64,000 nt of DNA from Pavona decussata. Taxonomy: Eukaryota. Positions 36,090 to 50,049 of this stretch are shown one piece after another. Made by a program: the position numbers and the translations under genes. The stretch covers positions 992,001 to 1,056,000 of the forward strand of contig CDRNST010000354.1 of the NCBI GenBank assembly GCA_977016875.1, in the 5' to 3' direction. Each line of letters opens with the position of its first letter. Position 1 is the stretch's first letter. The notes beneath the pieces are model-generated. The model was not told where the DNA came from and ran no database searches. It worked only from the letters and a program-made list of their open reading frames with translations.

Positions 36090-37560
36090 TTCAATTTTAA
36101 AGGTTCTTAAATAAGTTAACAAGGTTAATTTATTTAACCTTTTTCATGGCTAATAGTTTTCAAATACTTTTTAACACTAAAGGTATTTTACATACACTGA
36201 ATTGCAAAAACATTGAAACCTAAAAAGCATAAACCGTGAACCATGACACCCAATGGATATGTGGGTAGTGTTTAAACAATAACCTCATTTCCATAATCAA
36301 TAATTTACCATTCTCATTCTTTGCAAGAAAGAATACAGTGATGACTTAATTCTTCCGAATAATTTTCTACCAAATATTGCTTAAGTTCAGTGACTGATTT
36401 GAACTTAGGCAAATCGCGATATCACTCAAATTGGCCCTTGTTGGCCAACTTGGACACTTTAAGGAAAGCTTGGACAGTTTCCATCATTCACCACGTGCAA
36501 CTTATTTTGGTCCGGTCAACCGTCGCACGAGAATAGAATATTATGCAGATAAATTTAGTACAGTGATACCCATAAAGCCATTGGGTCTCATCATTCACGG
36601 TTTATGCTTTTTAGGTGTCAACGTTTTAGCAATCGAGTGTATACTCTTGGTTAAAATTTACGTTCTGTTAAGTCATGCAGGCCTAATTACCATTCTAAAC
36701 ACACTGTCCATTTAGCTGACTGTATGATATCATTTTTAAACTAAATTTGCTTTACATGTTATTGCTCTAGACACAAGGATGACTCAAAAACCTAGTCTTT
36801 GGGAGATAAAGTACTAACCTGCTTGTTCTTTATTTTTTTAATTTTTTGTTTTTAGATTTTGCAGCAAATGCAGTTATTTGATCTATTCTGGCCAGAAGTC
36901 ATAAAACGCTTTGAGTCACAAATGGTCCCCAAGTACAAGGAGGTACTGATAGGTAACTGTGAGGAGATTGAAGGGGTAAAAGAAAGCCCTGTCGCTGATG
37001 ATGAAGAATTTTGGGAACCCATGGAAAAGCTGTTTACGGATGTGATGTCACAGCCAGATGTAGTAATTGTAAGACAAGTACATTTCATTTTTAGCAATTG
37101 TTATTATCCAGTGTAAAACATCTGATTGAAACTATTACCAAAGAGCTTTCACGTGTAAATCATTAAAATCAAGTCAGACAACTTTAACCAAAAAGAAAAT
37201 CAGTTACAGCAATGTTCCCAAACTATAAACATGACTCTTTCATGGTCACTGTCTATTATGAGTCTGTTTCCATGGGAAACAGATTTTTAGTCAGCTTGTT
37301 TAGAAAATGATGACTCATGAGCTAACATGGACCTAATGTTCATATTTTTAGGCCAAAATTTTTTAAAGCCAAATATAATACCAAAGGTTGCACACATGGG
37401 ATTAATGTGAAAAGTATTGGATGCACAGGGAAAAGCAAGCGAATTGGGGATTCGTCCACCACATGCAACCACATCAGTAGGAGAAAAATTCCACAAATGC
37501 TGCTGGATATACTGGACAAAGGTAAAACGTCATGCTTAAAAAGGGGGCATGTTGTGTTGA
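34866..37560 (+). pseudogene. Spliced P-loop NTPase remnant (SF3/DUF927-like)
   Basis: Walker A GDPVSGKST (34973-34999), then a GT donor at 35049. The next exon from ~35643 has Walker-B-like RTIPMCWDD. Further exon-like blocks at ~36855-37070 and ~37290-37560. Confidence 0.5.
36032..36090. repeat. (ATT)n microsatellite
   Basis: Seen directly. Confidence 0.95.
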
Positions 37561-38458
37561 TATAGCCTAAGATTGCGTGACAAGCCAAAAGAGCGTCTGC
37601 GAGAGAGGCTAGTGTTGATACAGTGAAATAACAACTTGCTAATATATATACAGCTGGACAGACTTAATTCCCAAAATGGAAAAGAGGATTCTGGAAGAGA
37701 GAAGTGCTCATATGGTGCTTCTTGGACTTTTATAAGTGCGAAAGCAACCATTATTCGAAGACATGATTGTAATTAAAAATACAAAAAGATCACATTTTTT
37801 AAAACGTGTTTCAAGTACATCCACATTGCTTGACTTAATTGTTTCCCCTAGGATCTGATGATTTAAGTCTCCTGAATGACTAGATCTTACAGGAGATGGT
37901 AAGTGGAAAATGTTTGCAAGAGAGATCCATTGCACCTGACTGTTGCGAGTCAGTCTTGTGCATTTTTAGGTCTCTGTGCAGCTATGACTATTAAAAAGGT
38001 AAAAGATATCACAACTTAATGTTTTTTCCCATTTTACCTGTGAATAGAGGTCTTTCATTATAGAAGTGTATATAAGAGTTTTAGGATTTGTAGTACAGGT
38101 CTAAAAGTTGTGTGGCTCAATTATACTTGATTATTTGACACACAACCTTTGTCCAGTATACAACATAGATGTAAATAATTAAATAGAATTCATGTAAGAC
38201 AGGAGATTCTTGACTGCCTCCCTCTCACTAGTGTCTAACTAAGAAAACTATATGGTTTACTTAAACGCTAGGCATTTCCACAATAGATATTTATGTTTAG
38301 TTATCTGTATAAATGTTTTTTTCAAAAACTTTAAATTAACGAAGTATTCATTTATGTAACAATAAAATCTTAAAAGGAAATGTGAAAATAAAGTTGTTGT
38401 TGTTGTCTTCTGCCTGGGTTACTGTGTACTTATTCAATATAAATTCCTCTACTTTCAG

Positions 38459-39664
38459 CTAATATTAAGAAGAGTCTACTCTGGCACTTTATCCAATGAC
38501 CACTGCACCATGTGTCCAGACCGAAATGTCATAAATCACAGAAATGTTAGGGAAGAGCCACATGCTGCCTATCGAGCAGACAGAGATGTTTTGGTATTCG
38601 AGGTTACAGCACGTGTGGTGGCAGCTGCCTTTCATGTCCTTGCAATGGAAAGCAAGCAAGACAAACCAAAGCACTTCACCATCCCTGACAACCCAGCCAG
38701 TCAGAGCAGATTTAAGCACCTGCAGTTTTTTACATAAAACTGCTGCTAAGATTGAAGTGGTGGTTGATGAGACGATGATGAATGGTTCCCTACAAAATAT
38801 GGTTTCAGTGCAAGAGAGACAGACAATTCTTAACCAACTAGAGATTAATGAAGATGGGCGTTTTCCTTGTCGATTTCCTGGCTGAAAAGCTTCGTTCAAG
38901 TACAATTGGAAGAGTCGAAGAAGACATGAGCTTGGTCATGATCCCCCAGTTGTCATTTCTGAGGACATTTACGATGCCACCACAGAGTCTGCAACTCTGC
39001 CAACTAAAGTTGCAGATGACATGTTCAATTACAATGCTGCACTCTTGTCTGAAGGGCTGTTGTTGTTAAACTTTCTTGATGCTGTATCAGAAGGACATGG
39101 CATGAGGATTATTAGGCAGTATAAATATCTGATGCTTTTGTGCAAGGCAGATGATCCTCACAGTGTTAAATATGCTCTTTAAAGTCTGTGTCAGTTAATT
39201 CCTGCCAATGGTTTAAGTGAGAAAGAAGCAGAAATTTTTATCTGAAATAGGACTGTCAACAGTCTGGTGGGATTGGGAAGAACATTCCTCATGACTTGGC
39301 AGTTGAGCACAGCAGCAACTACAACAAGCAAGGCTTTGGAAACCTAGGAGTGAACCTGATGGAGAAAACAGTCGCAAGAATTTGCCATGCGGAGAAGCCA
39401 GTAAGAAGTCTTATTGGCAAGGTGGACAAACGTCTCCAGCGCTTCATTCGTTCAGCAAAACATGTCCAGCGTTCACTAGTGGTAGACATTGACAAATTGA
39501 TCAAAAAGCTCAGGGAAAATGTTTTCAGTTATCAAGAGAGACGAAGTTACAGACATTCTAAAGGATTTGAAAGAGATGCTCTGGCTGATTTGAACATGTC
39601 CAAGTGTTACACTTGGATAAATGATCATAAAAATAAATTCTCATCTGGTGTAAAGGCCAGATAA
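38459..39664 (+). pseudogene. AcademH-type (DUF6589-like) transposase 3' part with C2H2 zinc-finger insert
   Basis: DRNVINHRNV..P, ARVVAAA, FPCRFPG..F.Y....RRHE..H, DDMFNYN..LL.EGL...NFLDAVSEG.G.RI, KYAL, NRTVN and NIPHDLAVEH. Confidence 0.75.
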
Positions 39665-39874
39665 AGTCTGAGTATGGTAATTTATTATATTATTAGTGTA
39701 ATAAAATAGTGTAATTATCAATTCAGATAAAGACGTTTGAGATGTTTACATGTTCAAGTGGCTGAACACAGCTGTTCTACATGCTTTGTAGTCTTTATTG
39801 CTGATGCAAAGTGGAACGCACACAAAAAGATTGCAATAAACAAACCTGATGCAGTTGATGATATATTCGTTTAA

Positions 39875-40078
39875 CCCTTTAAACCCTACCATCAAGATTT
39901 GAATTCTCACTTGCTGCCCCTATTCATTTCCTACAGAAGTGGTGGGGAGAGGTTGTTTAAATATCCAGCAAATTCATATTGTGTGATCATGTGCATAATT
40001 CTCATAGCCACTATGTTTTACAAAGCATTGATATTACAAGGAGAAATTTCATGCTGATCACTCATAGGGCATAAAGGG
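39875..40078. mobile_element. piggyBac-type MITE
   Basis: TTAA-CCCTTTA...TAAAGGG-TTAA. Confidence 0.8.
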
Positions 40079-40706
40079 TTAAAACAGGCTCTACGTGTGG
40101 TATAAAATGACAATCTAAATAATTGTAAGTTGAAACCCTTTCATAAAATGGTATGTCACAAGCAGTCAAGATGCAATCTAGCTACACTGTATTTTAGTGG
40201 TCTCTTCTAATCAACATGAGAACCCCTTAAATGCAATGCACGCATAGGTGGTGAAAAATTGACATTGAATATGCTGGCTTTCTCAGAAATGTGCATATTT
40301 GTCAAGAACCACTCACAAAAGTTTTGATTAACATTTGTCAGGGATACACTTCAGGAAACAAGGTGGATTATTGCAAAACAACTAAAATTTAACAGTGGAA
40401 ATTTAAAGAACAATACTCCAGTTGTCCTTTAACAAAGGAGATCCAAAAAGTCGTGGGAAAAATATCACTGGAAGAGTTTTAACATGAGAGCATTGTTTAA
40501 GTGTTTGTTTCAGATAAATGATCGGCGTAATATAATTTATGTAGCAAGATTCTCAGCAAACATACAAAACCTGTTTTAATTAAAGGCAAGTTTATAGCAC
40601 AGTTATTGGATTGTTTCTATGGAAATAAGACATATCAGAAGTATCAAAAGCTGTGTTCAGCCACACATGCTAAGCCAAAACCAATATTTAGTACCTGTAA
40701 TCTTAA

Positions 40707-43700
40707 AGTGCCTATAACCCCAAAAATTGTTTTTGGCCCAAATAAATCTTTGTATTATACTGAGCAAAATGCCGCAAAAATTTTTGTTTTTGGTTGAAAC
40801 CTCGATTTTGTATGAGCCTTCAAAGTCGGCAAAAATCACACTTATGAAAAAACATTACCGTGCCGCAGAATCAACCAAAACGGTCTCGGTCGAGTACATT
40901 TTGTGATGTCATTCCTGGAGATAGGTGACTCGCTTGGTTGCTCGTGAGCGTCAGTCGCCCGTGAGCGTTGTTGTGTAAAAATGCCAGAGACATGTGTTGC
41001 TTTTGGTTGTAGTAACGTTAGAGACAAGGACAAAGATATAAAGCCTCATCCGATACCTTTTTATGGAAGTGACGACCTACAGAAAAGAAAAAGGAGAAAG
41101 AAATGGGTCAATTGGATTCAATCCAAACGAGCACATTGTGTGCTCTGACCATTTCCTTGATGAGGACTATACAGCCAGGTATTCTGGCTTGACAGAGCAG
41201 AAAATGCAGCAACACCTGAGAAAAGATGAAGTTGGAATTTGCCTGTTCCCTTGCAAACACGCTTCTGGTGTTTGTAGTGAAGAGACACCAGCTGAAACTC
41301 AGCGAAGCAAAAGAAAGGTGAGATATTATGTGCAACGTGCATGTCAAAGTGAGCTGATGTTTATCGGGAATAAACGCCTTTCCTTTATATTCACCTACGT
41401 TTGCCAAGACTATACTCCTCCAAATGTAATTCCCTTTGTTTCTAGTATTTATTTCAGAGGAAGAAAGATGCGCTGGAAAATTTGGGTACCGATGTCGGCG
41501 AAAGTGACATTCAGACCGAACTGAAGCGTCGCCAAAAGAGCGTTAGAAAAAGATTGGCGCTACCTTCTGCCCCTCCACTTTCCACTGCAGAAGAATCAGT
41601 ACCGGTTGTGGTGGGAGTAGTGGAAAAATCTGGCGATCCGATGGAAGCCATGGAAGATTTTCCCGTGCTTGAAGTTCCTGAACCATCCAAGAAATCATCA
41701 AAGAAATGTGCCAGTTGTTGCGTCTTTACCATGGAGAAAAGGAAGCTCTATAACTCTGTGAAAATGTTACCGTTGAAATTAAAAGACAGGACGAGAGAGC
41801 AGTCAATTTATGTGAACCTATTTCTTTAAAATACTATTTTTGTAGCCAGTATTTGAGTTTGCGCCATATTTCAAATAAATTATAATTGTAAAGAAAGTCC
41901 CTCCAAGTTGTAAATGCCGGTATTGCTTCTAAAAAGTGCTTATTTATATGCTATCATTATATCGATAGGCTTATATTATGCTTGATTAAATGTTGGTGAA
42001 AAGAGGTTATATCATTTCGTTTATTTTCTCTGTTATTGTGCACAAATTCTGCTTGGTAAACACCTCGTTTTGCCAGCTTAATCCTTCAAGTAACCAAAAT
42101 GAAATATGTGTATGTTGTCGTTCAACTTTTGCTTTGGAAATTCATTTATTTTTTGTTCAATATACTCTACAAATATACTCAAGAAAAAAAATCATTCTTG
42201 CTACCAATCAATAATTTTCTATATCTAAATGTACATGCAATGTTCTTGTTATGCCTTCGTGTCATTTTGATGATTACACGCACCTTTCAGGAATGCAGTC
42301 TCAAGAGAACCTTAGCACAGAAGATGATGTTCATGAGAGTTCAGTTGGTGACAAGGTTACAGAGGAGCACAAGCCAGAAGAGAAAGAAGAAGAAATTGAG
42401 GAAAGCACGTATGAGGCAGAGGAGGAGCCTACCACAGAGACTACTGAAACTGAAACAGAGGATGAGGGGGACTTTGATAACACTCCCACTCAAAGGTACA
42501 TTGTACGTCAGCTCAATTATCCAAAAGGCTTTTGAGTTCACAACCGTATAATAATAATACATTTTACATTGCATGGTTGTTCAACAATAATAAATTATTT
42601 ATTGGATGTACATATGAAAAAAAAAAACATTATTAATGTCACAATGCATGCAAAATCAATTGTTGTTTACTGTACGGAGTAAGGAAATTAAATTTTTTAG
42701 TGAAAATTCAACTTCCAAATGAGACTACAATAATTTATAAATTTATGTCTACTAATCATAACAATTTATTGTGACAAACAAACTTGAATGACTTTCAGCA
42801 TCACTTTCAGACCTTTAACATCTTTCAATATATTTTTTATAGGGTGTCTATGAGGGGCACAAATCTACGCACAGATCCAAAGCATATTGTCTTTCTCTCT
42901 CAGTTGCTCCTGTTGTTTGGCTGCTGCCATAGCTGCAAAGCAGATGACCCACAAGTTGACGAGAAACAGGTTGGAACCCAAGCTGTCGTAGCAAGCAACT
43001 GCACCAACCCCAAGTGTCCCAAGCCAAAGAACATCTGGCACAGCCAACCATTCCTGCCAGGAACAAAATTACCAGCTGGTAATTTCCTTTCTGCCTGGCA
43101 ATTTTGCTATCTAGAGGATCTCCTTCCAAAGTGTTTACAGTCTTTTCCCATATGGGTCTTGGCTGCCTGTCCCTCAACACTTTCTTCAAATACCAGAGAG
43201 TGAGTACTAGCAAATTATATATTTATAAAAATATTGGTACCCAAGCTTGCCAAAAGCAGCTACATTGTACTAGGGGAAAAGTCACAGCCTACTCTATGAT
43301 TGTGGCCTGCTACTCTGCCGTGTTATTCTTGATTAATGGAAAAATCAGCCACCTACTCCAAAACTTTGTGACAACCCTCTAAACCATACAGTCACACTTC
43401 CACAAGAAAAGTTCCCTGCCATTAAGTAATCACTGCTAAAAGTCAACCTGAACAAAATCACAATCCACCAAAGCAACATGTGACCAAAGTTTGATATACA
43501 CATAGATGGGACCCGGTTTTATATCACGTTGTTGTAACTACGATTCATACTAATTAATTTTCTAATAATCAGTCTGTTTTTTTGTTGTTGTGGATTACAG
43601 AATATATTTTTATCTTAACCCAGAGTAATTACCACCTTATCTACTGAATATAGATTCAGTATGCAGCATCAATGTTTTGTTGTCTTCCACTTTTCTCTCC

Positions 43701-44480
43701 AAAGCAAGCTGTTCCCAACAATTTTGCTGTACTGGCAGAAGTACCAACAAAAGATGCTGGAGAAACTGAAGGCCATAAAAGATGGGATAATTATAGCAGG
43801 GGATGGTCGCCATGACAGCATGGGGCACAGTGCAAAATATGGTGCTTACACCATATTTTACTGTACCGTACCAATGATTCTGCACTTTTCTCTTATTCGG
43901 GTAAGTTCAGGTTTACATACATGCCTATGAGTACCAGGAAAACACCTTTTCAACCCAGGCTTCGCTCTTTAAATAATAGACTAAACAAAGGACTGCAGAT
44001 ATTCTTGGTTCCCACTAGCAGAACATAACAATCACAATCATAACCAAACATAAGATAACCCTGTTATGTTTGTTCATGATTATAACTAAGAAGCTGGCTT
44101 CCTCTTAAAGTTTGGTCATAAATATACTAGATAATGGTGTCCAGGAAGCTTGATATTTCATTTTAATACCTCTATTTGTTAACATTCATTTCTTTGGAAG
44201 CATTCCCTTAGATACCCCTATGGGATAAATGTGTAATGGCACTGTGAATAATATATTTTTATTTTCTTATATCTACAATATAATCAACAGAGAAACCAAG
44301 CTGAAAACAGTCCAGCAATGGAATTCATGGGTTTTAAATCCTGCATGGAGTTTCCGATTGGATACGCCATCCTTATTACAGCATTTGTCTCTGACCGACA
44401 TGTGTCTATTGCGGCCTACAAGAGGAAGTCCTTGAAGAACATAATCCACTACTTTGACATATGGCATCTTAAGAAAAGTA
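40707..44480 (+). mobile_element. THAP-type Kolobok element, 3'-truncated, with spliced transposase pseudogene
   Basis: TTAA-AGTGCC left end. THAP domain MPETCVAFGC..W..VCSDHF, then IVFLSQLL..C..C..WHSQP, AGDGRHDSMGHSAKYGAYT and FVSDRH..HYFDIWH. Confidence 0.8.
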
Positions 44481-45079
44481 AGCGTACTATAATGCAGGTG
44501 CCACTTTATATAATCAGTATCTAGAGTGAAATTGATCACAGCCTTTGTATACTGTTAGTGACATTGGCTAATTGGTTTTGGAAGACTGATTTCCTACTGG
44601 AATAATGTAGACAATCTATATGTTTCATAGAGCACCCTAAAAATTCACCAAAATGATGGTGAACTAATAATTTAGAGAACAAAATTTGTAATCTTTGGAG
44701 AAAACCAAACAGTGATATAGTGATTTATGGCATAAAAAACAGTGGTGACTCATTTTCTTCAAGGAAAAAATGATTTGATGTTGCTGATCCCTCAGTAGTC
44801 CGCATATTTTTTTTTCTGTTTATCTTTGCACTTTGTTTTACTTTTATTCGTTCCAAGATAAACGGAAAGTTCGATAATTTCGTTTGAAACAAAGATATTT
44901 CATTCAGGAAAATTGTTGTTCACTTTAAATTCGAACAATTTTTTTTGTTTTCTACAGCTGGCCGTGCTTGAGAGTGACTCTAAACTCAGCAAGCGATTTT
45001 TATCGTGAGAAATATCAATTCCTTTATACTGTTCTGCTCGCAGCTTGTAAACATATATACCTGAATATCGCTCTTACAT

Positions 45080-45625
45080 TGTTTTCTTTTGCCCAATCAC
45101 TGTGAATCTTTTTGTATAAATTATATAGCCTATCTGTAAGACTGTTGTGACCTTTCCCTCGCTTTTGCCATCCTCCATTGTACGATGCGCTGATACCCAC
45201 ATGCACACTTTCTTGCTGTTCTTTGCTCACCGTTTCCCACTATTGAAACATTTGCCCGGCCACTGGCTCTTTTCCTTTTCCACTGCCTGCCCACATGGAT
45301 CTTTCATCACTTTTTCAAACACCGGTCCGATTTCGCGTTCTCTGGCTTTCAGCATGTTCTCGGAAACAGCAGGGAGGCAAACGAAGAGGCATTCCAGACA
45401 CACTGCATCCACTGTCAAGCTGATTTGCAAGCAAACTCAGCTCAATGATGCATCTCCCAGTTACCAGGAATTCACAAACAGGGGATTCATTTGGACCTTT
45501 ACCACTTTTGCTTAATCGTTTTCTCTCTAGGCATAAACTTTTCGTTCTAACATTATCCAACATTTTTTGAAAGCGACCATTTTTATGCCTGGCGAGATTT
45601 CCCTCACTGATAGAAGGCACCATTT
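45080..45625 (-). pseudogene. Second Kolobok-type transposase fragment (Mutator-like Pfam-type domain)
   Basis: GRCIIELSLLANQL..C, LKAREREIGPVFE and SASYNGGWQKRGKGHNSLT (decayed DGxWQKRG motif); internal deletions. Confidence 0.7.
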
Positions 45626-46429
45626 TGCCAGTGTTGCTAATTACGCACGCAAGATTACACCACTTTTGTGATGTTATGTGTAGTACAGGATGCGCAGTGC
45701 AATACTGAGGAATCACCATAAAATGCCGCGCAGTTCATATAATTGACTCTTTTAACTTATTAACCTTCCTTTAGAGATTTCATTTGTTAACTTATAACAA
45801 CGAAAAAAAAGTAAAACAATATAAATTAGTTTAGAATTATTTCAGAATTTAAAGTATAGAAATGCCGGAATTGTAACTGCGATCATGCAGCGGGTTTTTG
45901 TGTTTTCAACTGCTTCCCGAAAGATGTTTGCGGTAACATCGGTACACCATCTACATTTTGTTTCCTTCCCCGCCCCTCCCCCCCCCCCCACTTCTACTTT
46001 TTTGCTCCTTTTTGTCCAATGCCTTGGCAACTCTTTAGTGCTTAAAGGAAACGGAAATGAGTGCTACGCAGGTTATTAAGTGGTTTGTTTTTAATGCATC
46101 TGCTGATTGGTTGGAAACCTTCAGCTTATTCGTCAACATATCTTGTCTGTCCTGTGTTTGCCTTTCTTGATGCTCCTCCAGACATTTCTGCGCCCTGACA
46201 AATTAATTACACCTGATGTTAAACATTTTGCACAATAGTCTATTATACAGATGTGATTTTGTGCCTGGGGAAATTTTTATGCCAAGGGATATCAGTGCTT
46301 CATTAAATTTCCTATTTATGCCACTGCCACTTAACACTTGTTGTTTCGCAACATGTAACAGCCAATTTAGTTATTTGTTTAAAAAAATCGTGAAGCAATA
46401 GTAACATAGGCGATGGAAAATTTCAGTTG

Positions 46430-47554
46430 CTATTTTCTTCCCCTGAAAATGCGTTGGAGGACTGGACTGGGAAGAATGTTCAGGGCTAGGAAAATCAAGG
46501 CTAATCAAACCTAAGGTTGAAACCATTTAAACCTGAATACCTTTTTAATTACATCAACAGCCTACAAGAGTACTCAGGCCACCATAAAGAAGAGTCTTTG
46601 CCTTCAATCACACGCCCTTTCAATATTTGTCAGTCTGGACAGACTCAATTTGCGTTTTGTTTTTGTTAAAAAAATGAATTTGGTTTTTGAGAAAGGTAAA
46701 CAGTGCCCCAAAACTATCATTTTCTGCAACACCTTGAATGAAATTGCACAAGTGGTCAATTACTTAACGATGAAACTTGGTGATGCTGTTTATTCTGGTA
46801 GTAAAAACTGTTTGATTGGCATCTACCACTATCATTTATGGTCAGCATGTAAAGAAAGATTGGTTGCATCACTGAAAGGAGGTGGCATTTAGCGAATTTT
46901 AATCGCTAAAAGTGCCCTTAGTATAGGAGTTAACTTCCTGGACATACAATATGTTGTAAACTGGGGTCCAGCACGGTCTATTCTGGACCAGACACAAGAA
47001 GCACGAAGAGCTGGAATGGATGGATTACTATCTGATGTTGTGATCGTATATCATGGACAACAACTTGCTTATTGTAAAAAGGAAGTGAAAGAGTTTGTGT
47101 GTGCTTCAAGTTACTTTAGAGTAGCTGCTTTCCAATCACTAGACAGCTCTATGCAACTACTGAATCCACTCCATGACTGCTGTAATTTACTGCAGCTCAA
47201 TTGTCAATGTGCCGGCAGCAAGTGCAATGCAGAAATGTTACCCTTTGAGATAATAAGTGACAGTTCTGAGGTTGAGCATCCTCAAAAGAGAACAGATGGC
47301 ATGTTAAGATGGCATTGATGGACGTTCTCAGTCAATCAAGTGAAGATTGCTCACTTGATAGCACTTCAACACATGGTTTTTTACCACAACTGGTGGATGA
47401 CATTTCAGAAACGTGTGACACAATTTTCACTGTCAAGGACAAAACAGAAAATTTTCCCATATTTTCCCTCAAGGATGCTCTCACCATCGTGGAGGTGATT
47501 CAGGAAATTTTTTTAGACGTTCCCAATTTTGAGGAGACCATGGCTTTTTTTTGA
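46430..47554 (+). pseudogene. RecQ-like SF2 helicase C-terminal part (AcademH-type)
   Basis: KTIIFCN, GIYH, RILIA.SALSIGVNF.DI.YVVNWGP, QEA.RAG.DG and HDCC..C.C. Confidence 0.8.
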
Positions 47555-47763
47555 CAACAAGGAACAATTTCCATGTTTATCACCTATATAGATTTAAGTA
47601 ACTTTAACTTTAATTTTGATTTTTCAGACTCTTATGACAGTGACAACAGTATTTGACATGTTCACTGTAGTCTGTAGCTAAAATGTTTTATTTCTAGTGC
47701 TATTCCTTTCCATTCTTTTACTTACACAATAAACCCTGAAACACTACCAGTACTTAAACTGGA

Positions 47764-48815
47764 TTGTGCATGCTTCTTCACCGAATTGCGTATCCCTGTC
47801 GCCTCAGCGACATGATTGCACGGTTTGAACGACCTGTACCCCTTATCAGCATGATCACCAAAGAAGTTATGACTTTTATTTACGACAATCACCATCAGAG
47901 ACTAACTCAGTGGAATCAATTCTTGTTAAGCCCTGCATCTCTGCAAGAGTACGCAAATCCAATTCACCGTGCTGGCGCTGCTCTCGACAATTGTTTCGGT
48001 TTTATTGACAGAACAGTGCATCGTCCAGGAAAAGACCAAAGGCTAGTGTACAATGGACATAAAAGGGTGCATGCCCTCAAATTCCAGTCTGTGAGTTTGC
48101 CAAATGGAATCATTGCCAATCTGTTTGGTCCAGTAGGTATGAGCTAATTTGTATTCCATATCTTAGCTACCTGTTGTAGCTACACCACTCCCCATTTGTA
48201 AACAACAATAAATTTAAGTTTGAACTACGTCCGTTTTAGTCAAGTCTGGCCCAGACTAATGACAAAGATGACTTTGTAACAGACTAGAAAGCCACTGCTT
48301 GAAGAACATTTGCAGTCTACATAATATACTCTCAGAGAAACTAGATTGTTGGGTCCCTTTCAAGGCAGCTAAGGTTATAGGGGTTTATCTTTTGTAGCAT
48401 TTGACCCATTTGACACATATTCATCTTCGTATAAGTTTTTTTATTTTCAGAAGGGAAGATGCATGATGCTGCTAGGTTGGCAGAGTCAGGTTTTCTTCGT
48501 GACTTAAACACCTATGCATTCTCACCACTCGGCATTCCTCTTTGCATATATGGTGATCCAGCGTATCCATTGAAGATACATTTGCCAGCTCCATTTAGGA
48601 ATACAGCAAGGCTCACTCAACAAATGGAGTTATTTAATATGTCAATGAGTAAAGTGCAAATGTCGGTTGAGTGGATTTTTGGAGATATGAGTGCTGTGGG
48701 GGAAATGTACATTGTTGGTGCCATTTTATGGAACTGTTTTACGTGTCTATATGGGAACCCAACAGCTGAGTATTTTGATGTTCAACGTCCAGTTTTGGAA
48801 GACTACTTTCGCTAA
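47764..48815 (+). pseudogene. PIF/Harbinger (HARBI1-like) DDE transposase, two exons
   Basis: LLHRIAYPCR, NCFGFIDRT, YNGHKRVHALKFQ and LFGPV|EGKMHDA; then IYGDPAYP and SVEWIFG. Confidence 0.85.
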
Positions 48816-49124
48816 CTATTCGAAGTGTTTTACTTTTGTTACACTTCATCTCGTGCATGCCAATCTTTGGCGCTGTTCATGATTATATTGTATTTTGCTA
48901 TTGTTTTCTGTTAATGCTAATGATAATATTATCCTGATAAATGTAAAGATTGAAAAGCTTTAGAGAGACCAAAGCAATAAATATATTATTGTAAATAATT
49001 TCATTTCATTGACATGTATATAATGTATATAATTTTGTTGGTGAATAATAATCATTGTTTTTCATATACATAGACCGAATAAGATCTAGAAGAAATGATG
49101 GAATTAAGAAAGAAACTAATTTAA

Positions 49125-49127
49125 GGG

Positions 49128-49169
<42 letters not shown>

Positions 49170-49517
49170 GAGATACTCGGGTTTCCTATGGGTGGTACCT
49201 ACTAATACAGGGACATTTTTGCGTGGTTTAAAACTATACAGAGAAAGCTGAACTAAGCAAATGCTTTTGGTATCTCAAAAGAAAATTGGGGGTAGCCATG
49301 CACTTTTCAGGGATAATTAAGCTTCGAGTTAGGAAAAAATCCCATACATTGCTTTATATTTTGGCGCTTTTTAGAGATATTATTGCTTAGATATCTCTGA
49401 AAAAAGGACTGTTACCCCCAATTTTCTTTTTGGATTCCAATAGCCCTTGCTAAGATGTGCTTTTCCCGCATAGTCATAAACCGCACAAAAATACTTCGCT
49501 ATTAGTAGGCACGGTCC
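49125..49517. mobile_element. TTAA-flanked Kolobok-type MITE
   Basis: TTAA-GGGCGGTGCCTACTA ... TAGTAGGCACGGTCC-TTAA. Confidence 0.85.
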
Positions 49518-50049
49518 TTAACAGTTACAAAAGAAGCCACAGTAGCTCCAGATTTGTATCTGTGGTCTTTTTTTTAATAAAAGAAGAGTGTTTTTGTTTC
49601 TATATTTATTTAGTAGACCATGATTTCAATCACTTGTGCTAATTGTGGAATGAGAGATGATATTTTAGCCTGAACCTGGTGTATGCAGCTTGTTAGCTAT
49701 AAATACATGTATCTGCCATATGATAATTTTTTTTATTGAACAGGCGTTCATGAAATAATTAGATAGTTCACTCAAGCACCTGAAATTAACAATATTTATT
49801 GCCATCAAAAAGAGAATTTCACAAAGGCATTAAATTTATAATTATGTAACAACTTTTGAGACTAAGTGTTTGTGCTAAATTTGTACTTAGACGTGATTTG
49901 GGCATATTTAATGGTTCAAAATACATCATCTTAAAATGTTGTCATTTATGTTCCAAAATTTACCATAATTTAAATCATCAAATGACTGGCTATTAATTAG
50001 CGCAGGAACATCATACATTTGATAAACTATTTTTGGTCTAGTCTCTCAA

